Shown in pieces: positions 1 to 7,485 of a stretch of DNA of 64,000 nucleotides (the first letter of the stretch is position 1; each line of letters begins with the position of its first letter). The translations under genes and the position numbers were made by a program. The DNA lies in assembly GCA_034666405.1 (NCBI GenBank), contig JAXDLW010000047.1:3913-67912 (forward strand), in the 5' to 3' direction. The notes under the pieces are model-generated. The model was not told the origin of the DNA, did not search any database, and saw only the letters and a program-made list of their open reading frames with translations. The DNA is from Chloroflexota bacterium. GTDB taxonomy: Bacteria; Chloroflexota; Dormibacteria; DASZGP01.

Positions 1-955
1 CCACGTCAGCCGGCGGATGCTCGCGGCAGCCGGCGGAACCGTTGTCGGGTTGAGCCTGCTGGCCTTCGGCATCTCGCCCTGGTTCGCCGGCCTGTTGATC
101 GCGGTCTTCGTGTGGGGCGCGGCCGGTGACGCACTGACCAGCGGTGCGGAGATCGCGCTCGTGGATGTGAGCGGTCGGCATTTGACCACCGCACTAGGCC
201 GGCAGAACCTGCTGGCGGCGATCGGCGACCTGCTCAGCCCGGTGGTCCTGGTGGTGGCGGGGGTGCTGCGAGTGGGCTGGCGGGCGATCTTCGTGTGTTC
301 GGCGATCCTGATGTTCGGCTACTCGTGGTGGCTCGCAAACGAGGACCTGCCGGCGCCCGAGCCGGACGACGAGCGCACAGTGCGCGGGGCGGTCATCGAG
401 GTCATTCGCGACCGCCGGGTGTGGGCCCTGGCCGCGGCGGAGATGCTCATCAGCATCCTCGACGAGCAGTACCTGGCGTTCTTGATCCTGTTCCTCGAAC
501 AGGTCCGCCATGCCCCCCCGGCCATCGCCATCTCCGTGACCCTGGCCGACCTCCTGGGGTCGGCGGTCGGCTCCTACCTGGCGCCGCGAACACTTGGTCG
601 GAGCCGCGCGGCGCTGCCCGCCGCCGGGCTGATGCTGGCCGCGGCGATCGCCCTGCTGGTCTACACGCCGCGGCTCCCGCTGCAGTACGGGGCCGCGGGG
701 TTGGCGGGCTTCGCGTCGGCCGTCATCTGGGTGGCGATCCAGGCTCGGACGCTCGGCCTGCGCCCCGGCCAGGCCGGGACCACCGCGGCAGTGACCGGCA
801 CCATCGCGTTGATCGCGCTGCCCTTCCCGGCCGTGGTTGGTGCCATCGCGGACCGCTTCGGGCTGGGTCCCGCCATCTCGCTCTACCTGGGTGTGGCGGC
901 CCTGCTGGCCCTGCTCCTGGTGTTGCTCCGGCGTCCGCCGCAGCCTAGAGGCTGA
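1..955 (+). CDS. MFS-type transporter, C-terminal part (5' end off the window)
   Basis: The frame of ORF 17..955 stays open to the left edge (no stop in bases 2-16), so the gene is 5'-truncated. The product is almost entirely hydrophobic helices with short loops and a basic tail (LLRRPPQPRG), like the second half of an MFS permease. Family call rests on composition and topology only. Confidence 0.5.
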   Translation, partial: HVSRRMLAAAGGTVVGLSLLAFGISPWFAGLLIAVFVWGAAGDALTSGAEIALVDVSGRHLTTALGRQNLLAAIGDLLSPVVLVVAGVLRVGWRAIFVCSAILMFGYSWWLANEDLPAPEPDDERTVRGAVIEVIRDRRVWALAAAEMLISILDEQYLAFLILFLEQVRHAPPAIAISVTLADLLGSAVGSYLAPRTLGRSRAALPAAGLMLAAAIALLVYTPRLPLQYGAAGLAGFASAVIWVAIQARTLGLRPGQAGTTAAVTGTIALIALPFPAVVGAIADRFGLGPAISLYLGVAALLALLLVLLRRPPQPRG

Positions 956-2969
956 GCCGCCCGGCGCCCGGCCGATCGCCCACGAGGACGTCCTCCTCGG
1001 CCTTGATGACGTTCATCACCGCGTTGATCAGCGCGAGGTGGGTGAAGGCCTGCGGGAAATTGCCGAGGTGCCGGCCGCTCTTGCCGTCGATCTCCTCCGC
1101 GTACAGCTCCAGCGGGCTGGCGTAGGACAGCAGTTTCTCGCAGAGCAGACGCGCCAGCCGGTGTTCGCCGATCGCCGAAAGCGCCGACACCAGCCAGAAG
1201 GAACAGATGGCGAAACTGCCCTCCTCCCCGGTCAGGCCGTCGTCGGTCTGCTCCACCTTGTAACGCTGGATCAGCCCGTCGGCACTCAGCTCTTTCCGAA
1301 TGGCCATCACGGTCGCGCGGATCCGCGGGTCTGCCGGCGGCAGGAAACCGAAGAGGGGCATGAGCAACAGCGAGGCATCCAGTGCGGTGGTGTCGTAGTG
1401 CTGGGTGAAGACCCCTCGCTCGTCGACGCCGTTGGCGCAGATGTCGGCGTGGATCTCGTCGGCCGCCGCCTGCCACTCCTTCGCCGCCTCGGACTCCTCG
1501 CGGATCCGCGCCAGGCGCGCGCCGCGGTCGGCCGCGACCCAGCACATCAGCTTCGACGAGGTGAAGTGCTTCGGCTCGCCGCGCACCTCCCACATCCCGC
1601 AATCGGGCTCGCGCCAGTGCGCCAGCGCCTGCTCCACCTGGCGCTTGAGGATCGGCCAGAGCCGCTCGTCGAGGTGGTCTCGCGACGTGGCGTGCAGGTA
1701 GACCGCCTCGATCACAGACCCCCACACGTCGTTCTGCCGTTGCTTGTACGCGTCGTTGCCGATGCGCACCGGCTTGGCGCCCTCGTAGCCGTCGAGGTGA
1801 TCCAGGGTCTTCTCCTCCAGCTTGGCCTCGCCGTCCACGCCATAAACGATCTGCAGGTCCGGGTCCCGCTCGGCGATGTCGGCGATGAAGTAGAAGTAGT
1901 CGTTGGCCTCCCAGTCGAACCCCAGGCAGTAGAGGCCCCATAGGGTCAGCGACGAGTCGCGGATCCAGCTGTAGCGGTAGTCCCAGTTACGGGCGCCCTG
2001 GGGGGTTTCCGGCAACGAGGTGGTGGCCGCGGCGACGACCGCGCCGGTGTTGGCGTACGTGAGCCCCTTCAGGGTCAGGGCGCTGCGCTGAAGGTACCCG
2101 CGCCAGCGGTGGTCAGGGAAATTCCCGCGGGCCAGCCAGTGCTGCCAGTGGTGGGCCGTCCAGACCAGGCGCTCGTAGGCGTCGGCATACGTCGTGGGCG
2201 GGTCGTGCCTGCTCCACGACAGGGCGCAGAAACGCGTGTCGCCCTCCTTGAGCAGGGTCCGGGCCATCGCTCTTGGGCCCTCGAACCCGAGCCGCATGTC
2301 GGAGGTGAGCTTGAGCGTCAGGTCGATCCCCTCGCCAGTGGCGATGCCCTGGTGGTAGCCGTTCTCCGAGTACTCCCAACTGGCGCGCACCCGGCCGTAG
2401 TCGAACACAGGCTTGCAGTCCATCACCAGCTGGACCTCGCCCTGCACGCAGCGCACGGTGCGCAGCAGGACGTGCTCCGCGTCGTAGTCCGTCGGCGACC
2501 TGCGGAACGTCTGCGATAGATCCATGTCGTGGTGCCAGTGGCCGATCAGCAGGACGTCGCGGACAATGATCCAACCACCATTGGACTCCCAGCTTGTTTC
2601 CAGCACCATCGTGCCCGGGAGATACCGCCGCGAGGCCGGGACCTTGACATCCGCCGGGCCGAGGCGGAATGCGCCCGCCGCCCTGTCCAGCATGGCGCCG
2701 AAAACGCTTGGCGAATCCATCCGGGGCAGGCACATCCATTCCACGTTGCCACTGGGTGCGATGAGCGCGGTGACCTCGCAGTCGGAAAGGAACGCGTAGT
2801 CGGCAATGGGCGGGAAGGGCGAGGCGGCAGCGAGGTCACTGCGGGCCGGCAGGTTCTCGGGCCGCGCGGCAGCCGCGGGTGCCACGGCCGCGCCGTTCCG
2901 GGACCTGCGGCCGTTCGTCCCCGTGCGCGTCGAACCCGCCGGAATGCGCGCCATGAGCGCAGTATGCAA
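945..2969 (-). CDS. Glycoside hydrolase family 15 (glucoamylase/trehalase-type)
   Basis: 674-aa ORF. PIADYAFLSDCEVTALIAPSGNVEWMCLPRMDSPSVFGAMLD near the N-terminus and later WIRDSSLTLWGL and (alpha/alpha)6-type segments match what I recognise from actinobacterial GH15 enzymes. Start is uncertain: 2969 abuts the divergent start at 2972, and there is an in-frame GTG at 2885. Confidence 0.85.
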   Translation of the reverse strand: MHTALMARIPAGSTRTGTNGRRSRNGAAVAPAAAARPENLPARSDLAAASPFPPIADYAFLSDCEVTALIAPSGNVEWMCLPRMDSPSVFGAMLDRAAGAFRLGPADVKVPASRRYLPGTMVLETSWESNGGWIIVRDVLLIGHWHHDMDLSQTFRRSPTDYDAEHVLLRTVRCVQGEVQLVMDCKPVFDYGRVRASWEYSENGYHQGIATGEGIDLTLKLTSDMRLGFEGPRAMARTLLKEGDTRFCALSWSRHDPPTTYADAYERLVWTAHHWQHWLARGNFPDHRWRGYLQRSALTLKGLTYANTGAVVAAATTSLPETPQGARNWDYRYSWIRDSSLTLWGLYCLGFDWEANDYFYFIADIAERDPDLQIVYGVDGEAKLEEKTLDHLDGYEGAKPVRIGNDAYKQRQNDVWGSVIEAVYLHATSRDHLDERLWPILKRQVEQALAHWREPDCGMWEVRGEPKHFTSSKLMCWVAADRGARLARIREESEAAKEWQAAADEIHADICANGVDERGVFTQHYDTTALDASLLLMPLFGFLPPADPRIRATVMAIRKELSADGLIQRYKVEQTDDGLTGEEGSFAICSFWLVSALSAIGEHRLARLLCEKLLSYASPLELYAEEIDGKSGRHLGNFPQAFTHLALINAVMNVIKAEEDVLVGDRPGAGRLSL

Positions 2970-2971
2970 TC

Positions 2972-3592
2972 TTGCAGAGGGAAATGCCGATGAACGAACC
3001 TGATGTTTTTGTACTCGCCGACCGCACCCTCAATGAGGTCGTGGCCAATATCGGCGACGAACAGTGGTCCATGGAAATGCCCGCGAGTTTCCAGACCGGC
3101 ACGATGGACCACCGGCCGACGCTGCGCGAGATCATCAATTACCACGCGTACGACGACGCCTGGGTTCCCGACATGCTGGCCGGCCGGACCATGGACGAGG
3201 TGGGCAAACACACTCACAAGGGCGACCTCCTGGCGGACGACCCCAAGGGCAACTTCGCGGCGATCGTCGACAGGGCAGTCGCGGCGGCACAGCAGCTGGA
3301 CGACCTCGAGCGCACGGTCCACCTGTCCTTCGGGGACTTCAAGGCACGCGAATACCTGTGGCAGACCAACATGTACCGCGGCCTGCGTGCCCACGACATC
3401 GCGAAGGTCATCGGCTATGACCTGACGATGCCGCCGGAGCTGGTCCAGGGGATCTGGGACGAGGTGAGCCCGGGCGCCGAGGAATGGCGAGCGATTGGCG
3501 TGTTTCCCGCAGCCGTCCCGGTCCCGGACGACGCGCCCCTCCTCGACCGGCTGCTGGGGCTCACCGGTCGCGACCCGCACGCGGCTCCCTGA
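2972..3592 (+). CDS. DinB/mycothiol-dependent maleylpyruvate isomerase-like metal-binding protein (TIGR03086-like)
   Basis: 206-aa ORF with an N-terminal DinB-type helical bundle pattern (LNEVVANIGDEQW ... INYHAYDDAWVPDMLAG) common in actinobacteria. Alternative starts at 2984 and 2990. Confidence 0.65.
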   Translation: MQREMPMNEPDVFVLADRTLNEVVANIGDEQWSMEMPASFQTGTMDHRPTLREIINYHAYDDAWVPDMLAGRTMDEVGKHTHKGDLLADDPKGNFAAIVDRAVAAAQQLDDLERTVHLSFGDFKAREYLWQTNMYRGLRAHDIAKVIGYDLTMPPELVQGIWDEVSPGAEEWRAIGVFPAAVPVPDDAPLLDRLLGLTGRDPHAAP

Positions 3593-3639
3593 GCACCTCA
3601 AATCTCCCGGCGGGGATCACCATCCCCAACCTCGAGCGC

Positions 3640-4413
3640 ATGGAGGACATCCGGGCTGCGGCGGAGCTCTGGCGACGGATCTGGAACCGCGTTGGCGAGC
3701 CGCCGATGTCGTCTGACCTGCTGCGCGCCATGGCCCACGCCGGGAACTACGTGAGCGGGGCATTCCTGGACGGCAGGTTGGTCGGAGCACTGACGGGTTT
3801 CTATGCTGGTGCGCAGCGGCCGGACCACCTCCACTCGCACATCCTCGGGGTGGACCCGGGGGCGCGCACGCTGGGCGTCGGCCTCGCACTCAAGCTGCAC
3901 CAGCGCGGCTGGTGCCTGGAGCGTGGGATCAACCGGGTCGCCTGGACCTTCGACCCGCTGGTCCGCGCGAACGGGTTCTTCAACATGACCAAGCTCGGCG
4001 CCATGGGGGTCGAGTACCTTGTCGATTTCTACGGCGAGATGCCGGACTCGATCAATGGAGGCGACCAGAGCGACCGGGTACTCATCGAGTGGGACCTGTC
4101 GAGTCCGCGCGTGGACGCGGCGCTAGCTTCCCCGGAGGGGCCGGCCGGGGCCGTGGTTGACGGCCCGCCGGCCGCGGTCGCGCTCGAGGTGGGCGCCGAC
4201 GGCAACCCGCGGGAGACGGGCGCAACAGGTGACGAGGTCGCGTGCCAGGTGCCGGCGGACATCGTCGCCGTGCGCCGCGGGGACCCTGGGACCGGGCGGC
4301 GCTGGCGGGTGGCCCTGCGAAACGTGCTCTCGCCCCGGATGGATCGCGGGCTGCGAATCACCGCGATGAACCGGGCGGGTTGGTACCTAGTCGGGCCGGA
4401 CCGCCTGGCGTGA
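3640..4413 (+). CDS. GNAT-family acyltransferase
   Basis: ORF 3484..4413. The first 52 codons are Arg/Pro-rich and overlap the previous gene, so the likely start is ATG 3640 (MEDIRAAAELW). GNAT core: HILGVDPGARTLGVGLALKLHQRGWCLERGINRVAWTFDPLVRANGFF. The 3' end overlaps the convergent enolase-family gene by 27 nt. Confidence 0.7.
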   Translation: MEDIRAAAELWRRIWNRVGEPPMSSDLLRAMAHAGNYVSGAFLDGRLVGALTGFYAGAQRPDHLHSHILGVDPGARTLGVGLALKLHQRGWCLERGINRVAWTFDPLVRANGFFNMTKLGAMGVEYLVDFYGEMPDSINGGDQSDRVLIEWDLSSPRVDAALASPEGPAGAVVDGPPAAVALEVGADGNPRETGATGDEVACQVPADIVAVRRGDPGTGRRWRVALRNVLSPRMDRGLRITAMNRAGWYLVGPDRLA

Positions 4414-5583
4414 CGTCGTCATGGCGTCCAGCACGTCGGGCAGGACATCGACTCCCAGCCCCGGCCCGGTGGGGACAGCCAGGCGACCATCGTCCAGGAC
4501 GAACGGCGCGGTCACGTCCTGGCGGTAGTAGCGATCTGATGCTGAGGTGTCGCCCGCAAGCGTGAAGTTCGGCAGCGCCGCGAGGGCGACGTTGGCCGCC
4601 CGCCCAATGCCGGTCTCGAGCATCCCGCCGCACCAGACCGGCACCCCGCGGTCCCGGCAGAGGTCGTGGATGCGGCGGGCTTCGAGGTACCCACCGACGC
4701 GCCCGGGCTTGATGTTGATGATGGAGCAGGCGCCCATGTCGATCGCCTCCTCGGCGACCTCCAGCGAGATGATCGACTCATCGAGGCAGATGGGGGTGCG
4801 CACCGTCCTGGCGAGCTGAGCGTGGGCCAGGACCTGCTCCTCCGGCAGCGGCTGCTCGATCAGCAATAGCCCGAACTCGTCCAGGCGCGCGAGGTGCGCG
4901 GCGTCGCGCAGGGTGTAGGCGGTGTTGGCGTCGACCTGCAGGGGCACACCCGGACCGAACCGCTCCCGCACCGCGCGAACCGGCTCGATGTCGTTGCCCG
5001 GCTCGATCTTCAACTTGACGCGGCGGTAACCCTGCTCGAGGTAGACCGCGACCGTGTCGAGCAACTCCTGGATCGAGCTCATGATGCCGACGGACACCCC
5101 GCAGTCGACGGCGGAGCTGGTGGCGCCGAGGTACTCGCCAAACGAGCGCTCCTCGGCGCGCAGCTGGGCGTCGAGCCAGGCCATCTCCAGCGCGGCCTTG
5201 GCCATGCGGTGGCCCTTGACCGGCGCCAGCAGTGGAGCGACCTGCTCGGCGGTCACCCGAGCCGGGGCGAGGAGCCGCGGCAGTAGGTGGTCGACGATCA
5301 CCCGCTGGGCGGCCTCGACGTACTCCGATGAATACAGGGGCTCCTCCATGGCGACGCATTCGCCCCAGCCCTCGCCGTTAGGGGTGTTGACCCGGATCAG
5401 CAGGACGTCGCGGTCGGACTGGGTGCCGAAGGAGGTGCGGAATGGCGCGACCAGCGGGATGCGAATCCTGATCAGCTCGACCGCGTCGACAGCCAGGCCG
5501 GGGCCGCTCGATAAACCGCTCACGAGCCGGAGTGTACGGGCGATTGGCTCACAGGCACCTCTCAGCTTCCTGAGCCACTCCAC
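4387..5583 (-). CDS. Enolase-superfamily N-succinyl/N-acylamino-acid racemase / o-succinylbenzoate synthase (NSAR/OSBS subgroup)
   Basis: Collinear with the Amycolatopsis NAAAR-type sequence as I remember it: PLVAPFRTSFGTQS, KGHRMAKAALEMA, KLKIEPGNDIEPVRAVRERFG, LQVDANTAYT, LLLIEQPL, ICLDESI, NIKPGRVGGYLEARR, WCGGMLETGIGRAANVALA, GDTSASDRYY. Start uncertain (GTG 5583 or GTG 5523). Confidence 0.85.
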   Translation of the reverse strand: MEWLRKLRGACEPIARTLRLVSGLSSGPGLAVDAVELIRIRIPLVAPFRTSFGTQSDRDVLLIRVNTPNGEGWGECVAMEEPLYSSEYVEAAQRVIVDHLLPRLLAPARVTAEQVAPLLAPVKGHRMAKAALEMAWLDAQLRAEERSFGEYLGATSSAVDCGVSVGIMSSIQELLDTVAVYLEQGYRRVKLKIEPGNDIEPVRAVRERFGPGVPLQVDANTAYTLRDAAHLARLDEFGLLLIEQPLPEEQVLAHAQLARTVRTPICLDESIISLEVAEEAIDMGACSIINIKPGRVGGYLEARRIHDLCRDRGVPVWCGGMLETGIGRAANVALAALPNFTLAGDTSASDRYYRQDVTAPFVLDDGRLAVPTGPGLGVDVLPDVLDAMTTSRQAVRPD

Positions 5584-5661
5584 AGCCCCACCACAGGTTG
5601 GCCTTTTACGCTTCTGGTACCAGGCCGGGAGCAGTCAGCCGGCGCGAAGGAGACACCACTT

Positions 5662-6069
5662 ATGAATCGAGCCAAGATCGTTGCCACCGTCGCGGCCATT
5701 GGAGGCGCCGCCGCCATCGGGGCCGCAGCCGCGGCCAACTCCCTCGGTGCCTCAGCACCGACCCTGGCGAACGCCGCCAGCAAGGTCGAGACCGCGGAAA
5801 CCCCCAGCCCCAGCTCGGCCGCCAGCCCGGGCGCGGCAGCGCCGACGACGCCGGCCAGCCCCGGCACGTTCAAGTCCAACGAGGACGCCACCCACGAGCA
5901 GGGTGAGTCCGCGGCAACCGAGGCTGCCGAGAACTCCGGCCAGCGCCCCGCCGGGCACGGCGGGGTGAAGGGCGGCTCCAACGAGGACCCGACCCACGAG
6001 GGCACCGAAAGTGCTGCCCGCGAGGCCGAGGAGAACGCAGCGGCCAGCCCCTCACCCGCAGCCCAGTAG
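5662..6069 (+). CDS. Small secreted/anchored Ala/Pro-rich acidic protein with duplicated NED-x-THE motif
   Basis: ATG is preceded by AAGGAG 8 nt upstream. N-terminal hydrophobic segment (IVATVAAIGGAAAIGAAAAA), then two copies of SNED(A/P)THE..ESA..EA.EN. No family recognised. Confidence 0.65.
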   Translation: MNRAKIVATVAAIGGAAAIGAAAAANSLGASAPTLANAASKVETAETPSPSSAASPGAAAPTTPASPGTFKSNEDATHEQGESAATEAAENSGQRPAGHGGVKGGSNEDPTHEGTESAAREAEENAAASPSPAAQ

Positions 6070-6104
6070 GCGCTGATCCAGGAGCCCTGGCTCCTACAGG
6101 CGAG

Positions 6105-6142
6105 GCCGCCGGCAGAGATGCCGGCGGCTTCTCCTTTTCTCC
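6105..6142 (+). terminator. Rho-independent-type terminator after the 5662..6069 gene
   Basis: Perfect 10-bp stem GCCGCCGGCA / TGCCGGCGGC (6105-6114 and 6119-6128) with a GAGA loop, followed by T-rich TTCTCCTTTTCTCC. It lies between convergent genes. Confidence 0.6.
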
Positions 6143-6148
6143 GTCCGG

Positions 6149-6724
6149 TCAGAACCCCGGGAAACGGACGTCGGGCGAGAGACCTGCTGTTCTGAGTGCC
6201 TTCTGAAGCGCCACGGACGCTTCGGTGTACCGGGCATCGGCGGCGCGCACAGCGGCGGTCGCGTCGGCGGACAGGTTTGGCGTCGGGGCGGCGACCCGGA
6301 ACATGTCGGCCGCGGTCGCGTAGGCATCGAGTGAGCTGAGGAAGGCCGCGTGGGTGCCCTCCAGGCCGGTCGGAATCGAGATCTTTGCCAGCTGGGCCCT
6401 GGTTCGCCTGAAGGTCAGCCCCCAGCCACCCGCCCGGGCAGCGAAGACGTCGGCCGCGAGAGTCCCGTTCTCCCAGCTTCCCACCGACGGCTTCATGTCG
6501 GTCTCGACGACCTGCCCGGCCGGCGCCGTGGCCCGGGCGACCGCGTTCGCGTAGGCCTGCACGGACGCCGCCGACGCGGGTGCAGGCGCCTCCACAGACG
6601 GCCGGGTCAGCGCCACGGCCGCCACCAGCCCAACCACCAGCAGCAGGCCCAGGGGGCCAAGCCAGGCGCCACGTCGGAGTCGCGCTGAAAGAGTCATGCG
6701 CCCCGGTGTACCACGCCCCGGCAT
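6149..6724 (-). CDS. Hypothetical membrane-anchored extracytoplasmic protein
   Basis: 191-aa ORF directly downstream of livF on the same strand. Single N-terminal TM (WLGPLGLLLVVGLVAAVAL), then an Ala-rich helical domain. Alternative start at ATG 6697. No family recognised. Confidence 0.5.
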   Translation of the reverse strand: MPGRGTPGRMTLSARLRRGAWLGPLGLLLVVGLVAAVALTRPSVEAPAPASAASVQAYANAVARATAPAGQVVETDMKPSVGSWENGTLAADVFAARAGGWGLTFRRTRAQLAKISIPTGLEGTHAAFLSSLDAYATAADMFRVAAPTPNLSADATAAVRAADARYTEASVALQKALRTAGLSPDVRFPGF

Positions 6725-6747
6725 GGCCGAGGGACGGGCGGCTGCGC

Positions 6748-7485
6748 TCAGTGAGCCGCCCCGGCCTCGGCGGCGCCACCGAGGTACGACTGGACCAGGG
6801 ATGGATCCTTCAGCAGGTCGCTGCTGGCGCCATCCGCAACCACCTCGCCCTTGGCCAGGACGTACGCGCGGTTGGTGTGCTTCAGCGCCATGTGAACGAA
6901 CTGCTCCACCAGCAGGATGGTGGTGCCGGTCTTGTTCACCTCGACCAGCGTCTCGAAGAGCTGGGCCACGATCATCGGGGCCAGTCCGAGGGACAGCTCG
7001 TCGATGATCAGCAGCTTGGGCTCGGGCATTAGCGCGCGTGCCACGCCAAGCATCTGCTGCTCACCTCCGCTCAGGGTCCCCGCCGCCTGCTCGGATCGCT
7101 CGCGCAACCGCGGGAAGAGGTCCATGACATGGTCCGCGCGCTGTTTCATGCCCTTCTTGTCCTTGCGTCGCACCCAGTAGCCCATGCGCAGGTTGTCCGC
7201 CACCGTCAGGCTCGGGAAGAGGTCGCGACCCTCGGACAGGTGGGTGATGCCGAAACGCACCACGTCGTAAGGCGCTTTGCCGTTTACCTCCGTGCCCTCG
7301 AACAGGATCGACCCGCTCCGCGCCTCGACCACCTGGCTGATGGCCCGCAGGGTGGTGGTCTTGCCCGCGCCGTTCGCTCCCAGCAGCGCGACCATCTCCC
7401 CGGCCGCGATCGACATCGACAGGCCGCGCAACGCCGACACCTGGCCGTAGTACACGTCGAGGTTGCTGATCTCCAGCAGGTTCAT
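6748..7485 (-). CDS. livF: Branched-chain amino acid ABC transporter ATP-binding protein (LivF-type)
   Basis: Starts at MNLLEISNLDVYYGQ (ATG 7485, overlapping the stop of the upstream gene as ATGA). Walker A GANGAGKTT, signature LSGGEQQML, Walker B LLIIDELSLGLAP. The 23 upstream codons of ORF 6748..7554 are rejected. Confidence 0.9.
   Translation of the reverse strand: MNLLEISNLDVYYGQVSALRGLSMSIAAGEMVALLGANGAGKTTTLRAISQVVEARSGSILFEGTEVNGKAPYDVVRFGITHLSEGRDLFPSLTVADNLRMGYWVRRKDKKGMKQRADHVMDLFPRLRERSEQAAGTLSGGEQQMLGVARALMPEPKLLIIDELSLGLAPMIVAQLFETLVEVNKTGTTILLVEQFVHMALKHTNRAYVLAKGEVVADGASSDLLKDPSLVQSYLGGAAEAGAAH

Noticed and set aside
2969-2972. Divergent genes whose track start codons are only 2 nt apart (GH15 at 2969, DinB-like at 2972).
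   Set aside because: This is not biologically interesting in itself. It most likely reflects over-extended start calls (GTG 2885 for GH15; ATG 2984 or 2990 for the other gene), so I recorded it as start-site uncertainty.
3484-3639. N-terminal extensions of several track ORFs: 3484 (GNAT), 28595 (878-aa gene), 31938, 36034, 47455, 53870, 59555.
   Set aside because: The extensions overlap neighbouring genes or control regions and are Arg/Pro-rich. Internal starts give family-typical N-termini or signal peptides, several with SD sequences.
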